DNA of 64,000 nt from an uncultured Gammaproteobacteria bacterium (GCA_963827755.1 CAWHCQ010000004.1:110109-174108); one strand, 5' to 3'; counted from the first letter of the stretch, positions 50,291 through 60,709 are shown. Translations and numbers: made by a program. The notes: generated from the sequence alone by a model not told the origin.

Positions 50291-50333
50291 GATATCAATT
50301 TCCTCTTGGTTTGATAGATGGAAGCCAGCACAA

Positions 50334-50954
50334 TTACCGGCCGGTGGAGATCACTTCCCAGCTGCCGTCCGGCTGGCGGCAGGCAGTGCCATAGCCCTGC
50401 TCGCGCTTGCCACCGATGGTGATTTCGTGCTGGAATTCGCGGCAGTATCGTCCGGAACTGCTGGTGCCTTCACGTGTTGCCGTTACATATCCGGATGCGT
50501 TGCCTTCACGCCAGGCAATGGTTTCGCCGATCGGCGCCGTTGTCGCACGTATCTGTGCGGCTTCGTGCTCACGCTCCTGCTGCTCGTTGAGATTATCGAG
50601 CAATTTCACGGCAATGGCGGTGAAGGCCAGCCACTTGTAGGCATCGTCGTCGCGGTAGTAGTGGCCATAGCCGCCATACAGGCGGCCATACGGGCGCACG
50701 ACGACGATATCGCGGTGACGCCGGATGCGGTGGGGCTCGACAACGTACCTGTCACCGCGGTGAATAATCGGCGACCTGACACGGTCTGACTTTTTTGACT
50801 TTTCATAGCCGCGCCGTTTGTCATAGCGGCTGTCATGTTGATAATCACGGTACTGGTCACGCCGGTAATCACGCGAATCGGCCTGTGCCGGAAGCGTGAC
50901 CGTGCTCATGGCAATGACGCCCGCGGTCAATAAGGAAATAATCGGTTTTTGCAT
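50334..50954 (-). CDS. Secreted RT0821/Lpp0805-like (17-kDa surface antigen) protein
   Basis: Signal peptide, R/Y/D-rich region, YCREFQ...YGTACRQPDGSWE. Confidence 0.82.
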   Translation of the reverse strand: MQKPIISLLTAGVIAMSTVTLPAQADSRDYRRDQYRDYQHDSRYDKRRGYEKSKKSDRVRSPIIHRGDRYVVEPHRIRRHRDIVVVRPYGRLYGGYGHYYRDDDAYKWLAFTAIAVKLLDNLNEQQEREHEAAQIRATTAPIGETIAWREGNASGYVTATREGTSSSGRYCREFQHEITIGGKREQGYGTACRQPDGSWEVISTGR

Positions 50955-51035
50955 GGTCGTTCTCCTGTGAGCAGAAAGTCTTGTCATCGGGAACCAGTGT
51001 AGTACGCACGCTTGTAAAGAAGTGATGCGTGACCG

Positions 51036-51070
51036 GTAAAACCGGGTAATGTTATGTAAAGGTTTGTAAA
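51036..51070. promoter_or_regulatory. Tandem CpxR binding boxes
   Basis: GTAAA-accgg-GTAAT-gttat-GTAAA-ggttt-GTAAA; consensus GTAAA-N5-GTAAA; an extra GTAAA at 51014. Confidence 0.85.
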
Positions 51071-51164
51071 TATCCACTGCCCCGGCTGTTCTCATGGCAC
51101 GGCAGTGTGGCAATATCTGTTATACATACCCGACATGCCCTCGCTAACCCCGTCTATGGATGCC

Positions 51165-51878
51165 ATGAAAGAAGAACCCGGTATGAACCGTCTGCTGGTG
51201 GTCGATGACGACACGGAGCTCTGCATGATGCTGCAGGAATACCTGGAGGGGGAGAGCTTTCGGGTTGACATGGCCCATGATGGTGACACGGCACTGCAAA
51301 TGGCACGCACAGGCGTGTATGACCTCGTTGTGCTGGATGTCATGATGCCGCGTCGCAATGGTTTCGATGTGCTGCGTGAATTGCGTGCAAACAGCAATAT
51401 CCCCGTCCTCATGCTGACGGCACGGGGTGATGACATCGACAGTATCATTGGCCTCGAACTGGGCGCCGACGATTACCTGGCCAAGCCATGCAATCCGCGC
51501 GCACTGGTGGCGCGTATTCGGGCCATTCTGCGCCGGACGGAAAATTCAGCCGATTCAAACCGTACGGCAGACAATGAGCGGCTGCAGCTGGGTGACATCG
51601 AGCTTCAGCCCGGCGCGCGCAGTGTCTTGCGTAACGGTGAGCCGGTCAACCTCACCAGCACGGAATACAGCGTGCTGGAAGTCCTGTTGCGCGCTGCCGG
51701 ACAGGTGGTTTCCAAGGCGCAACTGTCCGTACAAGCGCTCGACCGCGAACTGACACGCTATGACCGCAGCCTCGATATGCATGTCAGCAGCCTGCGCAAA
51801 AAGCTGGGGCCGCTCGATGACGGGTCCGAGCGCATCCAGACGGTACGCGGCGTCGGTTATCTGTACGTGCTGACCTGA
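51165..51878 (+). CDS. cpxR: CpxR-like OmpR-family response regulator
   Basis: LVVDDD, LDVMMP, LGADDYLAKP, RSLDMHVSSLRKKL; start may be 51183. Confidence 0.8.
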   Translation: MKEEPGMNRLLVVDDDTELCMMLQEYLEGESFRVDMAHDGDTALQMARTGVYDLVVLDVMMPRRNGFDVLRELRANSNIPVLMLTARGDDIDSIIGLELGADDYLAKPCNPRALVARIRAILRRTENSADSNRTADNERLQLGDIELQPGARSVLRNGEPVNLTSTEYSVLEVLLRAAGQVVSKAQLSVQALDRELTRYDRSLDMHVSSLRKKLGPLDDGSERIQTVRGVGYLYVLT

Positions 51879-51891
51879 AGGCGGGGAAACC

Positions 51892-53295
51892 ATGCACAGC
51901 CTGTTCTGGAAATTTTTCTTCTCCTTCTGGGCCGCACTTGTCCTGTTTGTCGTGGCCACTGTCTGGACAAGCTCGCATTTCCTTGAGCGTGCACGTGAGC
52001 AGCAACCGACATCGTATAAATACCTGCTGGAGTTGGCGAGAGAAGGTCAGACTGCGGCGGATCGGGACGGGATTGCGGGTCTCACGACCTGGCTGAAGCA
52101 GGTCGACCGGCGCCGGGCGGTTCCCCTGCTGCTGCTTGATGATGCGGGTGCGGACCTGCTGCAACGCCCGGTCCCGGCACACCTCGAGATGCGCATACGG
52201 CGGCAGATGCGTTTGCCGGAACGCAGGCATCGCCCTGAATCGACCCGCTTGCGCCCGTTGATTCAGCTGCAGGACGGTACCCGCTATCGGCTGATGCCGG
52301 ACTACCAGAACATTACCCTGGGGCGGGTCTTGCGTCGCCCGCAAGCCATATTGATGCCGCTGTTACTGGCCGGTGCCATCAGTGCCCTGGTGTGCTTCTT
52401 TCTTGCACGTTATTTGTCTGCACCCATTCGCCACCTGAGCCGGGCCACACAGCAGCTCGCCCTGGGTGATCTCGGTCAGCGCATCGGGCCTGCTGTCGGC
52501 CGGCGCAGGGATGAAATCAGCGACCTGGCGAGGGATTTCGATCATATGGCAGAACGCGTGCAGGGCCTGGTCCAGGCACAGCAGCAGTTAATGAGCGATG
52601 TCTCGCACGAGCTGCGCTCCCCGCTGGCGCGGCTGCATCTGGCACTTGGCCTGGCGCAAAGAAAGGCGGGCGCCGGGGTGCACAAGGATCTCGAGCGCAT
52701 TGAACGCGAGGCCGAGCGCCTCGACGAATTGATCGGCCAGATCCTGTCGCTGTCGCGCATGGATTCCCGGGAGGATCTGCCCGGAAAGGAACCGGTCAAG
52801 CTGGCGGAGCTGCTGGACACGGTTGCCGCCGATGCCGCGTTCGAGGCCGGACCGCGCAATTGCAGGGTCGAGGTAACGGCAACCATGCCGGTGGAACTGG
52901 CGGGTAACGCGGCACTGTTGCACAGTGCACTGGAGAACGTGGTACGCAATGCACTGCGTTATACCCGGCCGGGTACAAGCGTGGAACTGAGCCTGGGACC
53001 TGATCCGGCAGACGAGGACTGCGCGCTGATCGAGGTGCGTGACCACGGACCCGGTATCGCGGAGGAATTCCTGCCGCGCCTGTTCGAACCGTTTGTCCGT
53101 GCCGGCGAGGCGCGTGACCGCGAGAGTGGCGGCTACGGACTGGGCCTGGCGATCGCCAAACGGGCGGTTGTCCTGCATGGCGGGTCAATCGAAGCACGCA
53201 ACCGGGCCGGGGGTGGCCTGAGCGTATTGATCCGGCTGCCGGCCAGGCACCGCTTCCAGGAAAATGCCGCCAGGCTTGCAGGGCCATTGTTGTAG
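51892..53295 (+). CDS. cpxA: CpxA-like sensor histidine kinase
   Basis: Two TMs, HAMP, SDVSHELRSPLARL, ENVVRNALRY, RESGGYGLGLAI. Confidence 0.8.
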   Translation: MHSLFWKFFFSFWAALVLFVVATVWTSSHFLERAREQQPTSYKYLLELAREGQTAADRDGIAGLTTWLKQVDRRRAVPLLLLDDAGADLLQRPVPAHLEMRIRRQMRLPERRHRPESTRLRPLIQLQDGTRYRLMPDYQNITLGRVLRRPQAILMPLLLAGAISALVCFFLARYLSAPIRHLSRATQQLALGDLGQRIGPAVGRRRDEISDLARDFDHMAERVQGLVQAQQQLMSDVSHELRSPLARLHLALGLAQRKAGAGVHKDLERIEREAERLDELIGQILSLSRMDSREDLPGKEPVKLAELLDTVAADAAFEAGPRNCRVEVTATMPVELAGNAALLHSALENVVRNALRYTRPGTSVELSLGPDPADEDCALIEVRDHGPGIAEEFLPRLFEPFVRAGEARDRESGGYGLGLAIAKRAVVLHGGSIEARNRAGGGLSVLIRLPARHRFQENAARLAGPLL

Positions 53296-53652
53296 AAACA
53301 GACAACTGTAATGCTGCTTTACAATAACAGGACCAGTCGCTGATGTACGAAACGAAAAAACACCGTCCCTTGTCCCTCGCGCTATCATGCGTCGCCGATG
53401 TAGAACCAGTGATCCCGGTAACGGGCAAGGACCGCCGCTGCCTGCGGCTTTGTCGCGGATGATTTGACCTGGAAGAGGTTGCGGATGTCAGGTGTATGAC
53501 ATCGGCGGCGACCGGTAAATCCGCGCCCTGAAAATAAAATTTGTCCACCTAATCGTTATCGGGCCATACTCCCCGCCTGGGCAAGGACGGCAGCGAGTGT
53601 CCTGCCGCCGCAGGCAGTGTCGATCAGTGTCGATAAATACCGGGAGAGGATT

Positions 53653-54705
53653 ATGAGGAAGCGTACCTGTCTTGCACTATTGTTGATGCTCTGGTGCGTA
53701 CTGGCACCGGCGGAGACCCTGCGGGTCGGCATCAAGCCCGTAGCGCCCTTTGCTATGCCGGACGGGCAGGGTGGCTGGACCGGTATTTCCGTGGAATTGT
53801 GGCAACGCATCAGCGGGCAACTGGAATGGAAGACCGAATGGGTGCCCATGGATAGCCCCCGGGCACAGGTCGAGGGCCTGGCCGCAGGTAACATCGAGGT
53901 GGCAGTGGGAGCGTTGTCGATGTCTCCGGAGCGGGAAGCGGTGATTGATTTCAGCCACCCGTTCTATTCAACCGGCCTCGCGATCGCCACACCGGTGCGA
54001 CAGGGCGGCTGGGTCGGTATGCTCAGGCAACTGCTGTCACCGGCCTTTTTGAAAGCCGTCGGTGTGCTGGTGCTTCTATTGCTGGCGGCGGGTGCCCTCT
54101 TGTGGCTGGTCGAGCGCAAGCGCAACCCCGGGCAGTTTGGCGGTTCCCCGGCGGAAGGGATCGGCAACGGCTTCTGGTGGTCAGCGGTGACCATGACTAC
54201 TGTAGGCTATGGTGACAAGGCCCCGGTCACTCTTGCCGGCCGGGCGCTGGCCACCATCTGGATGTTTGCCAGTATCATTACAATCTCGGGTTTGACCGCT
54301 GCAATCGCTTCCTCCCTTACCCTGCAACAGCTCAGTACCGTCGTGCGCGGAGTGCATGACCTTGACCGGGTGCGTTGTGTCGCTGTGGAAAGTTCTACCG
54401 GCGAAGAGTTCCTGCGTAAACGTGGTATCCGCACGCTGCAGGTGGCGACACCCGCCGAGGGGCTGGCGTTGTTGAAAGAGGGGGGTGCAGATGCACTGGT
54501 GTACGACGAGCCGCTGCTGCGCTACTTGCTGAAGGATGCCGAACCCGGGATCGAGATCCTGCCTCAGCCTATCGAACGGCAGTACTATTCCTTCGGCCTG
54601 AAGCCCGGCTTCGCACAGCAAGAGATTTTAAATCGCACCCTGCTGGCGGAGACCGGCAAGAGCGAGTGGGAGGAAATTCTCAACCGCTACCTGGGACAAC
54701 GTTGA
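53653..54705 (+). CDS. GluR0-like ligand-gated potassium channel (split SBP family 3 domain plus 2-TM pore)
   Basis: Signal peptide, S1 lobe (EREAVIDFSHPFY), TM-pore-TM with TMTTVGYGD, S2 lobe (STGE, ALVYDEPLL). Confidence 0.88.
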   Translation: MRKRTCLALLLMLWCVLAPAETLRVGIKPVAPFAMPDGQGGWTGISVELWQRISGQLEWKTEWVPMDSPRAQVEGLAAGNIEVAVGALSMSPEREAVIDFSHPFYSTGLAIATPVRQGGWVGMLRQLLSPAFLKAVGVLVLLLLAAGALLWLVERKRNPGQFGGSPAEGIGNGFWWSAVTMTTVGYGDKAPVTLAGRALATIWMFASIITISGLTAAIASSLTLQQLSTVVRGVHDLDRVRCVAVESSTGEEFLRKRGIRTLQVATPAEGLALLKEGGADALVYDEPLLRYLLKDAEPGIEILPQPIERQYYSFGLKPGFAQQEILNRTLLAETGKSEWEEILNRYLGQR

Positions 54706-57695
54706 TGAGGACTTTGCAAAAAAGACTGTTGTACTCGCTGCTCTGGTCGCTCGTACTTGTCGCGCAGCCCGGTCAGGCGGAGGACGAGGGCGACCTGCAG
54801 CGCCTGCAACGCGCCGAGACGGATGTGGACCAGGAGCTGCTGCTGGTCGATCGCGATATTCTGAAAGACCGCAAACGCCTGCAGCGCGAGGAACTGGAGC
54901 TCCGGGCTCCCGGTATCACCCCGGCGCTTCTGGAAGATGCGCGCATGGAACTGGCAGCGCTGCATTCCCGTGAAAGCGGACTGAAGACCCGGTTGAAGGC
55001 CCGCCGCGACGCTCTCGCAGAACTGGCCGAGGGGGTCGCCGAGCTTGAAATCCGGATCCAGCGCAGCGCGGCCGATGATCCGGAACCGGACAAGTGGCGG
55101 GCGGAACTGCAGGAAATGCAAGGTCGCCAGGTGGTGCTTGAAGGCCTGATCGACAAACTCAAACGCCTGCACCACCGCTATGAAATCCGTGCAGCCCTCG
55201 CACGTCAACGGCTCAACCTGCTGCAGGCGCGGTTCGAAATGCCCGACCTGGAAACGGCACGGCAATCGACGGGGCGGGCCGGTGCTGAATTGCAGCAGCA
55301 GGTTGATGCGCTCCTGACCTCTGCCACCGCGGCGCGGCGTGAAGCGGCGGCACTGGGCCAGGATGAACCCCGTGACAAGGCCCGGCGGCGCCTGCTGGAG
55401 TTGCAGGCGCTGGTGGACGAGGAGCGCGCCGAATTTCATCAGCTGAGCATCGCGCGGCTGCAGGTGGAGCGTGTGCTCCAGTCGCTGTCGGCCTTCAGCG
55501 GCTCGCGCTCCACCCCGGTGCGGGTACTGAAAACCGCGCTGCGCAACATCGGCAGAATGCAGCAGGAGCTGCAACATCAGCAGAAACTGGTGGAACAGAA
55601 ACGCGCCCAGTTCCTTGATCAGCGCCAGATAATGAGCCAGAAGGGCGTCATCGCCACCGGCGCCGACAGTACCATGTCGGCGCGGCTTGCCTTGATTGAC
55701 GGGTTGACGGCTGCCGCGGACGAGCAGCTCGTGTCGATCACCGGTCTTGACGAGCGCATCCAGAAGCTGCGCGAAGAGTACAACGTGGCAGTGGCGACGA
55801 ACGCAGGCGCCGAGTTGACCCTGCAGCGCGAATTACCGGTGGATGCCGAGTCCTGGCAACAACTGGCCCGCAACCTGGCGGGGCTGCCGCTGCGCATTGT
55901 GCTGGCCCTGAAAGAATCGCTGTTGAATTTCGGCACGGCCTTCATGCAGAGTGACCCGGTAACCCGCGGGATTTGCGCACTGCTGTTGCCGCTGTTGCTG
56001 CTGGCCGGTTGGCAGGGCCGCCGCCTGCTGTCGCGTCGACAGGCGAAGGCCAGGGAAAGCGCCGTTGCAGAGGAACCCTCGCACCGGGTTCCGCCGGCAA
56101 TCGTGCAGCGCAATCTTGCGGGTTTGATCCCGGCCTTGTTTGTGCTCGGCGCGGGCCTGATCCTCAAGCTCAAACAGGCGGACCTGGTGTTGCTGCTGGC
56201 GCCCTTGCTGATCTGGCCCGTGGTGCGCTTCGCCCTGGATTTCATCACCAACCTGCTGGACGAATACACGCCGGATCTGTCTCCCGCCCGGGCCCGCCTG
56301 TTAATGCTGGAAACCCGCTGGGTGGTGATACTCGCCGCGGTGCTGGCAGCGGTACTGGTCACGGCGCATACCGTGGCCCTGTCCCCTCTGGTCATCGATG
56401 CCATAGAACGATTGTCGATGCTGTGTCTTTTGCTGATTGCAGTACCGCTGATCCACCTGCGCATACTGCTGCTGGAAGGCATCCACGGCGAGGTTGGATC
56501 ACGGTTGCTGCGCGGCTTTACCCTGGCCGTTCCCCTGTTGCTGGTGCTGTGCGCCCTGATCGGCATCGCCGGCTACGTCAACCTTGCCTGGGCTATCGCG
56601 GTGCGGCTGGGCTGGTTGATGCTGGTTGGCCTGGGCGTGCATCTCGTGCGCAACATGCTGCGCGGCCTGCTGAAAGCCGCGGGCAGATGGTTCAATCGGC
56701 GTGACGCAGAATCAGCACCCCACTGGGAGCAGTACATACTCGGGCCGGTCTACCGGGTAAGCCTGTTGCTGGTGGTGCTGGCTGCGGTGCAACTGTTGTT
56801 CTACCTGTACAACTGGAATGAGCAGACGCCGGTGGTGCGCGCGGTGCTGCTGATGCTGGATAGCACCCTGTTTACCATCGGCGAAACCGCCATCAAGCTG
56901 AAAACGCTGGGCCTGGCATTGCTGGCGCTGTTCGTGGCGATCTGGGGCGCGGGCTGGAGCAAGCAGGTCAGTTACCGCTGGCTGTATACCGGGGTGCAGG
57001 ACCAGGGCATTCGCAGCAGCCTGTCCACGTTTACCCAGTACCTGGTCGTAATACTCGGCCTGGTGGTGGCCATGAAGATCGTCGGCCTGGACCTGACCGC
57101 GCTGACGGTATTCGCCGGCGCCCTCGGTGTCGGCATCGGTTTCGGCATGCAGCAAATCGTGGTGAATTTCATCAGCGGTATTATATTGCTGGCGGAGCGG
57201 CCGCTGGCGACCACGGACCTGGTCAACGTCGACAAGTATGAAGGCGAAGTCACCCGGATTGGCATACGTTCACTGACTGTGAAGACCTTCGACAACCAGG
57301 AGGTCATCATTCCCAATTCCGCAGTGATCACCAAGCCCTTCACCAACTGGACCCGCAGCGACGACATCATGCGCACCGTATTGATGGTGGGCATCAGCTA
57401 CGACGACGATCCGCACCAGGCGGTGGCGTTGATCCTGCAGCAAATCAAGGCCCATCCGGCGGTGCTCGAGGATCCCGGATCGAAGGTACTGCTGTGGGAT
57501 TATGGCGAATCGGCGCTGATGATCCGGGCGCAATTCCACACGCGCATCCGTGGTCCGGTCGGCCGCGGGGACGTTCGTTCACAATTGCTGTTCGCGATCT
57601 GGGACGCATTCAAGGACGCCGGAATTACCATTCCCTATCCCCAGCGCGATGTGCATCTGCACAATCCTCTATCAGACAAGCCATCCCTGGTTTAA
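54705..57695 (+). CDS. Large MscS-family channel (MscK/MscM-like)
   Basis: Signal peptide, ~350-aa periplasmic coiled coil, many TMs, GALGVGIGFGMQQIVVNFISGII, FTNWT, IPYPQRDVH. Confidence 0.88.
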   Translation: MRTLQKRLLYSLLWSLVLVAQPGQAEDEGDLQRLQRAETDVDQELLLVDRDILKDRKRLQREELELRAPGITPALLEDARMELAALHSRESGLKTRLKARRDALAELAEGVAELEIRIQRSAADDPEPDKWRAELQEMQGRQVVLEGLIDKLKRLHHRYEIRAALARQRLNLLQARFEMPDLETARQSTGRAGAELQQQVDALLTSATAARREAAALGQDEPRDKARRRLLELQALVDEERAEFHQLSIARLQVERVLQSLSAFSGSRSTPVRVLKTALRNIGRMQQELQHQQKLVEQKRAQFLDQRQIMSQKGVIATGADSTMSARLALIDGLTAAADEQLVSITGLDERIQKLREEYNVAVATNAGAELTLQRELPVDAESWQQLARNLAGLPLRIVLALKESLLNFGTAFMQSDPVTRGICALLLPLLLLAGWQGRRLLSRRQAKARESAVAEEPSHRVPPAIVQRNLAGLIPALFVLGAGLILKLKQADLVLLLAPLLIWPVVRFALDFITNLLDEYTPDLSPARARLLMLETRWVVILAAVLAAVLVTAHTVALSPLVIDAIERLSMLCLLLIAVPLIHLRILLLEGIHGEVGSRLLRGFTLAVPLLLVLCALIGIAGYVNLAWAIAVRLGWLMLVGLGVHLVRNMLRGLLKAAGRWFNRRDAESAPHWEQYILGPVYRVSLLLVVLAAVQLLFYLYNWNEQTPVVRAVLLMLDSTLFTIGETAIKLKTLGLALLALFVAIWGAGWSKQVSYRWLYTGVQDQGIRSSLSTFTQYLVVILGLVVAMKIVGLDLTALTVFAGALGVGIGFGMQQIVVNFISGIILLAERPLATTDLVNVDKYEGEVTRIGIRSLTVKTFDNQEVIIPNSAVITKPFTNWTRSDDIMRTVLMVGISYDDDPHQAVALILQQIKAHPAVLEDPGSKVLLWDYGESALMIRAQFHTRIRGPVGRGDVRSQLLFAIWDAFKDAGITIPYPQRDVHLHNPLSDKPSLV

Positions 57696-57738
57696 CTGAC
57701 GCTAACATTTGCGAAATATACGGACGGGAGTACAGATC

Positions 57739-58713
57739 ATGACAGATAACCACGGGTTACTTTATGCCTATCTATTGAACGGACAGGGCGGCGGTGAAAA
57801 ACTGGACTGGCAGACAGTTAAACAATGGGCGCCGGAACACGGGGTGTTGTGGGTGCATCTGGAGTACATCGACCCGCTTGTGCAGCAGTGGGTGCTAAAG
57901 GAGAGCGGGCTGGATGAGATAACTGCCGAGGCCCTGCTGGCCGAGGAGACCCGGCCGCGGAGCATGCTGTCCGCAAATGGACTGTTGCTGACACTGCGGG
58001 GAATCAATCCAAATCCCGGGGCAGATCCGGAGGACATGGTTGCCGTGCGTATGTGGAGTGATGGCAAACGTATTATCACGACTCGTCGGCGGCGTTTGCA
58101 GGCCGCTTCCGAGCTGAGTGAGGCTATCGAAAAAGGGGTCGGGCCGTGTAACGCCGGAGAGTTTGTGGAGTCGCTCACCGACAGGATGGTGGAGCGTATG
58201 GCCGATGTCATTGACGGCATAAGCGATGAGGTGGATGACCTGGAAGAATCGGTATTGACCATGGAATCCTATGAATTACGCCCAATGATTGCAGAATTAC
58301 GCCGCCATGCCATCGGCCTGCGCCGCTACCTGGCGCCACAACGCGAGGCGGTGTCGCGGCTGTTCAGCGAGAAAGTGGAGTGGCTGAGTGATATGGACCG
58401 GCTACGCCTGAGAGAAAGCGCAGACCGTACCACCCGCTTTGTCGAAGACCTGGACCTGATCAGGGAGCGGGCAGTGGTGGTGCAGGAAGAACTGATGAGC
58501 CGTTTGTCCGAAAAAATGGACCGTACCATGTATGTCCTGTCGATCGTTGCCGCTATCTTCCTGCCCCTGGGTTTTCTGACCGGTCTGCTGGGCGTTAATG
58601 TTGGTGGTATTCCGGGGGCTGAATACAAGGGTTCCTTTGTGATCTTCAACCTGCTCCTGGTGTTCATTGTGATCTTTCAGGTCTGGCTGTTCAAATACAA
58701 GAAATGGATGTGA
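57739..58713 (+). CDS. zntB: Zinc transporter ZntB (CorA family)
   Basis: ETRPR, PEDMVAVRMW, FLPLGFLTGLLGVNVGGIP (GVN motif). Confidence 0.88.
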   Translation: MTDNHGLLYAYLLNGQGGGEKLDWQTVKQWAPEHGVLWVHLEYIDPLVQQWVLKESGLDEITAEALLAEETRPRSMLSANGLLLTLRGINPNPGADPEDMVAVRMWSDGKRIITTRRRRLQAASELSEAIEKGVGPCNAGEFVESLTDRMVERMADVIDGISDEVDDLEESVLTMESYELRPMIAELRRHAIGLRRYLAPQREAVSRLFSEKVEWLSDMDRLRLRESADRTTRFVEDLDLIRERAVVVQEELMSRLSEKMDRTMYVLSIVAAIFLPLGFLTGLLGVNVGGIPGAEYKGSFVIFNLLLVFIVIFQVWLFKYKKWM

Positions 58714-58732
58714 CGGTTACCGGGTGATTATT

Positions 58733-59371
58733 TCATCGGCTCTTGAAACGGAATCGTGGCAGACAGATGTCATAATTAACCGCCAGCAATCGCGCAATAA
58801 AGATAGCTGGTCCGGCAATAGAGGCGGCTTTGCTGACATCCAGATCAAGGTGCAGCAGGCCTATAAACATCAATGAACCTCCCCATGACACGGTGGCGTA
58901 GAGCGGGCTCTGGAAGACAATGGGTTTTTCGTTGCATAACAGGTCACGGAAAATGCCACCCATTATGCCGGTCATGACACCCATGAAACTTGCAATAAGC
59001 CAGGGTGCTCCCATCATCAATGCGACAAGTGTGCCGGCAATGCCGAAGGTTGCCAGACCGGCTGCGTCAGGTATCAGAAAAAATCTGGGTGATATTGCAA
59101 CAAGACGTGCAGTGATGAAAATGACGATGGCACTGACAAGCGAAGCAATAAAGAACGCCTGGTCACGAATCCAGAAGACCTCGCGATCCAGCAGCATGTC
59201 GCGCAGCGAGCCGCCACCAAGCCCGGTCGCAATAGCAATAATGATCACGCCGAACAGATCAAACTGCTGAAAGCCTGCTTTAAGGACGCCGGAAGCCGAT
59301 GACACGATCACCGCTACCAGGGTTATCCAGTACAGGATTTCAAGCAGGGCGGGGTCAGGGTTCAGTGTCAT
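58733..59371 (-). CDS. Trimeric intracellular cation channel family protein (UPF0126)
   Basis: FDLFGV, GGGSLRD and GGIFRD repeats, DAAGLA. Confidence 0.9.
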   Translation of the reverse strand: MTLNPDPALLEILYWITLVAVIVSSASGVLKAGFQQFDLFGVIIIAIATGLGGGSLRDMLLDREVFWIRDQAFFIASLVSAIVIFITARLVAISPRFFLIPDAAGLATFGIAGTLVALMMGAPWLIASFMGVMTGIMGGIFRDLLCNEKPIVFQSPLYATVSWGGSLMFIGLLHLDLDVSKAASIAGPAIFIARLLAVNYDICLPRFRFKSR

Positions 59372-59423
59372 GGAACCGCCGCTGTCCGGGATGTTTGCTG
59401 TGTGCAAGGATCATGCTGTGTGC

Positions 59424-59861
59424 CTATTTCTTCCAGTCCGGAAGGTCGCGCATCATCTTGATGTCGTTGATCATGGCCAGCGCCTGCCACTCTTCCAGTG
59501 GAAAGTGAATGCCTTCTTCTTCCGCCCCGTACTTGTCTTTCAGTTCCGTCTCGATACGCTTGTTGAAATCAAAGGCGCCAATGCCGCGCATGCCCCAGCC
59601 GCCGAAGAGTCGCGCGTCGATCAGGCTAAAGCCAACCAGGCTCAGATCAGTATGGCGGTTATCCCGGACGATGCGCCGGAACACGGCATTGACGTCCTCG
59701 AAGTTGCCTTCAAGTGCCTGCAGGTAATGCGTGCGACTGGCCAACAGGATGCCTGTTACACCGAGCGCTGCGTTGTTTACCTCGCTGGCGCTGGTAATCC
59801 CGCGGACGATATCCCAGTTCAGGGGAGCCACGCTGCGGCTCTTGTAGATAATACGGTACAT
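59424..59861 (-). CDS. Stand-alone BLUF blue-light photoreceptor
   Basis: IIY.S, NN...GVTG.L, LQALEG, D.RH, RLFGGWGM (conserved Tyr, Asn, Gln, Trp, Met). Confidence 0.92.
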   Translation of the reverse strand: MYRIIYKSRSVAPLNWDIVRGITSASEVNNAALGVTGILLASRTHYLQALEGNFEDVNAVFRRIVRDNRHTDLSLVGFSLIDARLFGGWGMRGIGAFDFNKRIETELKDKYGAEEEGIHFPLEEWQALAMINDIKMMRDLPDWKK

Positions 59862-60073
59862 GGCTTGACCCTCTGCTGTGAAAGCTCAGTGTTGCTACTG
59901 GATCATAGATCAAGATGTGGCCAGTCACCACAGCCGGCCCGAAATGCGGGTTCCTTATCAAAAGTATGCGTTTAGCCTGCTGTGACTTCAAGATAGACAC
60001 AGAAACTGCATCAAAGACACTTCGGTAATAAACAGAATGGCTCTTCCCCAAATCGGGTGGGTAGATTACCGTT

Positions 60074-60381
60074 GTAGGGCCGAATTCATTCGGCCAACAG
60101 CCATTATTGCCACTGGAGACAAGGAGGTCACCATGTCCTGTGACGCATTTGTAGGGCCGAATTCATTCGGCCAACCGGCCTACGACGCATTGCGCAGGGT
60201 GTCATTCCCTGCACCATCAAGTCTATTGCATCACCACGTTTATCCGCGGTCGCCACCTTTGGATGAGTGCTGACGATGAAACACCGCTGGTCGAATGAAT
60301 TCGACCCTACTGGTGTGATTGGGAAATAACGCTGGTCGAATGAATTCGACCCTACGGCAGGGCCAAATTCATTCGGCCAAC
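60074..60381. repeat. Cluster of five 25-bp GTAG-type REP sequences
   Basis: GTAGGGCCGAATTCATTCGGCCAAC at 60074 and 60151 (+); GTAGGGTCGAATTCATTCGACCAGC at 60286-60310 and 60331-60355 (-); a degenerate copy at 60357 (+). Confidence 0.92.
60133..60273 (+). mobile_element. Probable remnant of a REP-associated tyrosine transposase (RAYT)
   Basis: Strong RBS AAGGAGG plus ATG; across one frameshift reads YDALRR/CHSLHHQVYCITTFIRGRHL, resembling RAYT N-termini; lies between inverted REPs. Confidence 0.55.
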
Positions 60382-60709
60382 AACCTTGCCATCAGAAGGA
60401 ATGTGTCACGTCTAAATTGATGTGTTACCCACTCAATCAGGGGAGAGCCAACAGAATATTTCCCGCCATGCGGATTTCATACGCGGCACTGGATTTTTAT
60501 TCCTTCGAGCTACAGCGGTAAATGAGATCAGGCAGCCACGTAAAAAAAAGAGCAGGCTGCAGTTATTACCCTGCAAAACCTGCTCGTTAATCGGACTCTG
60601 GGAGTCCGGCGCCACTAGTGTGGCCAGGGGGGGAGCAAAATTAACATGGACTGGGTTACTCGAGTTCCGATCGGCCAGGCCAATGGCCGACCGGAACCGG
60701 CCATGTAGG

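Noticed and set aside
60074-60381. Possible CRISPR array
   Set aside because: Repeats are in mixed orientation with irregular spacing, there are no cas genes, and the GTAG-plus-hairpin form is that of REPs.
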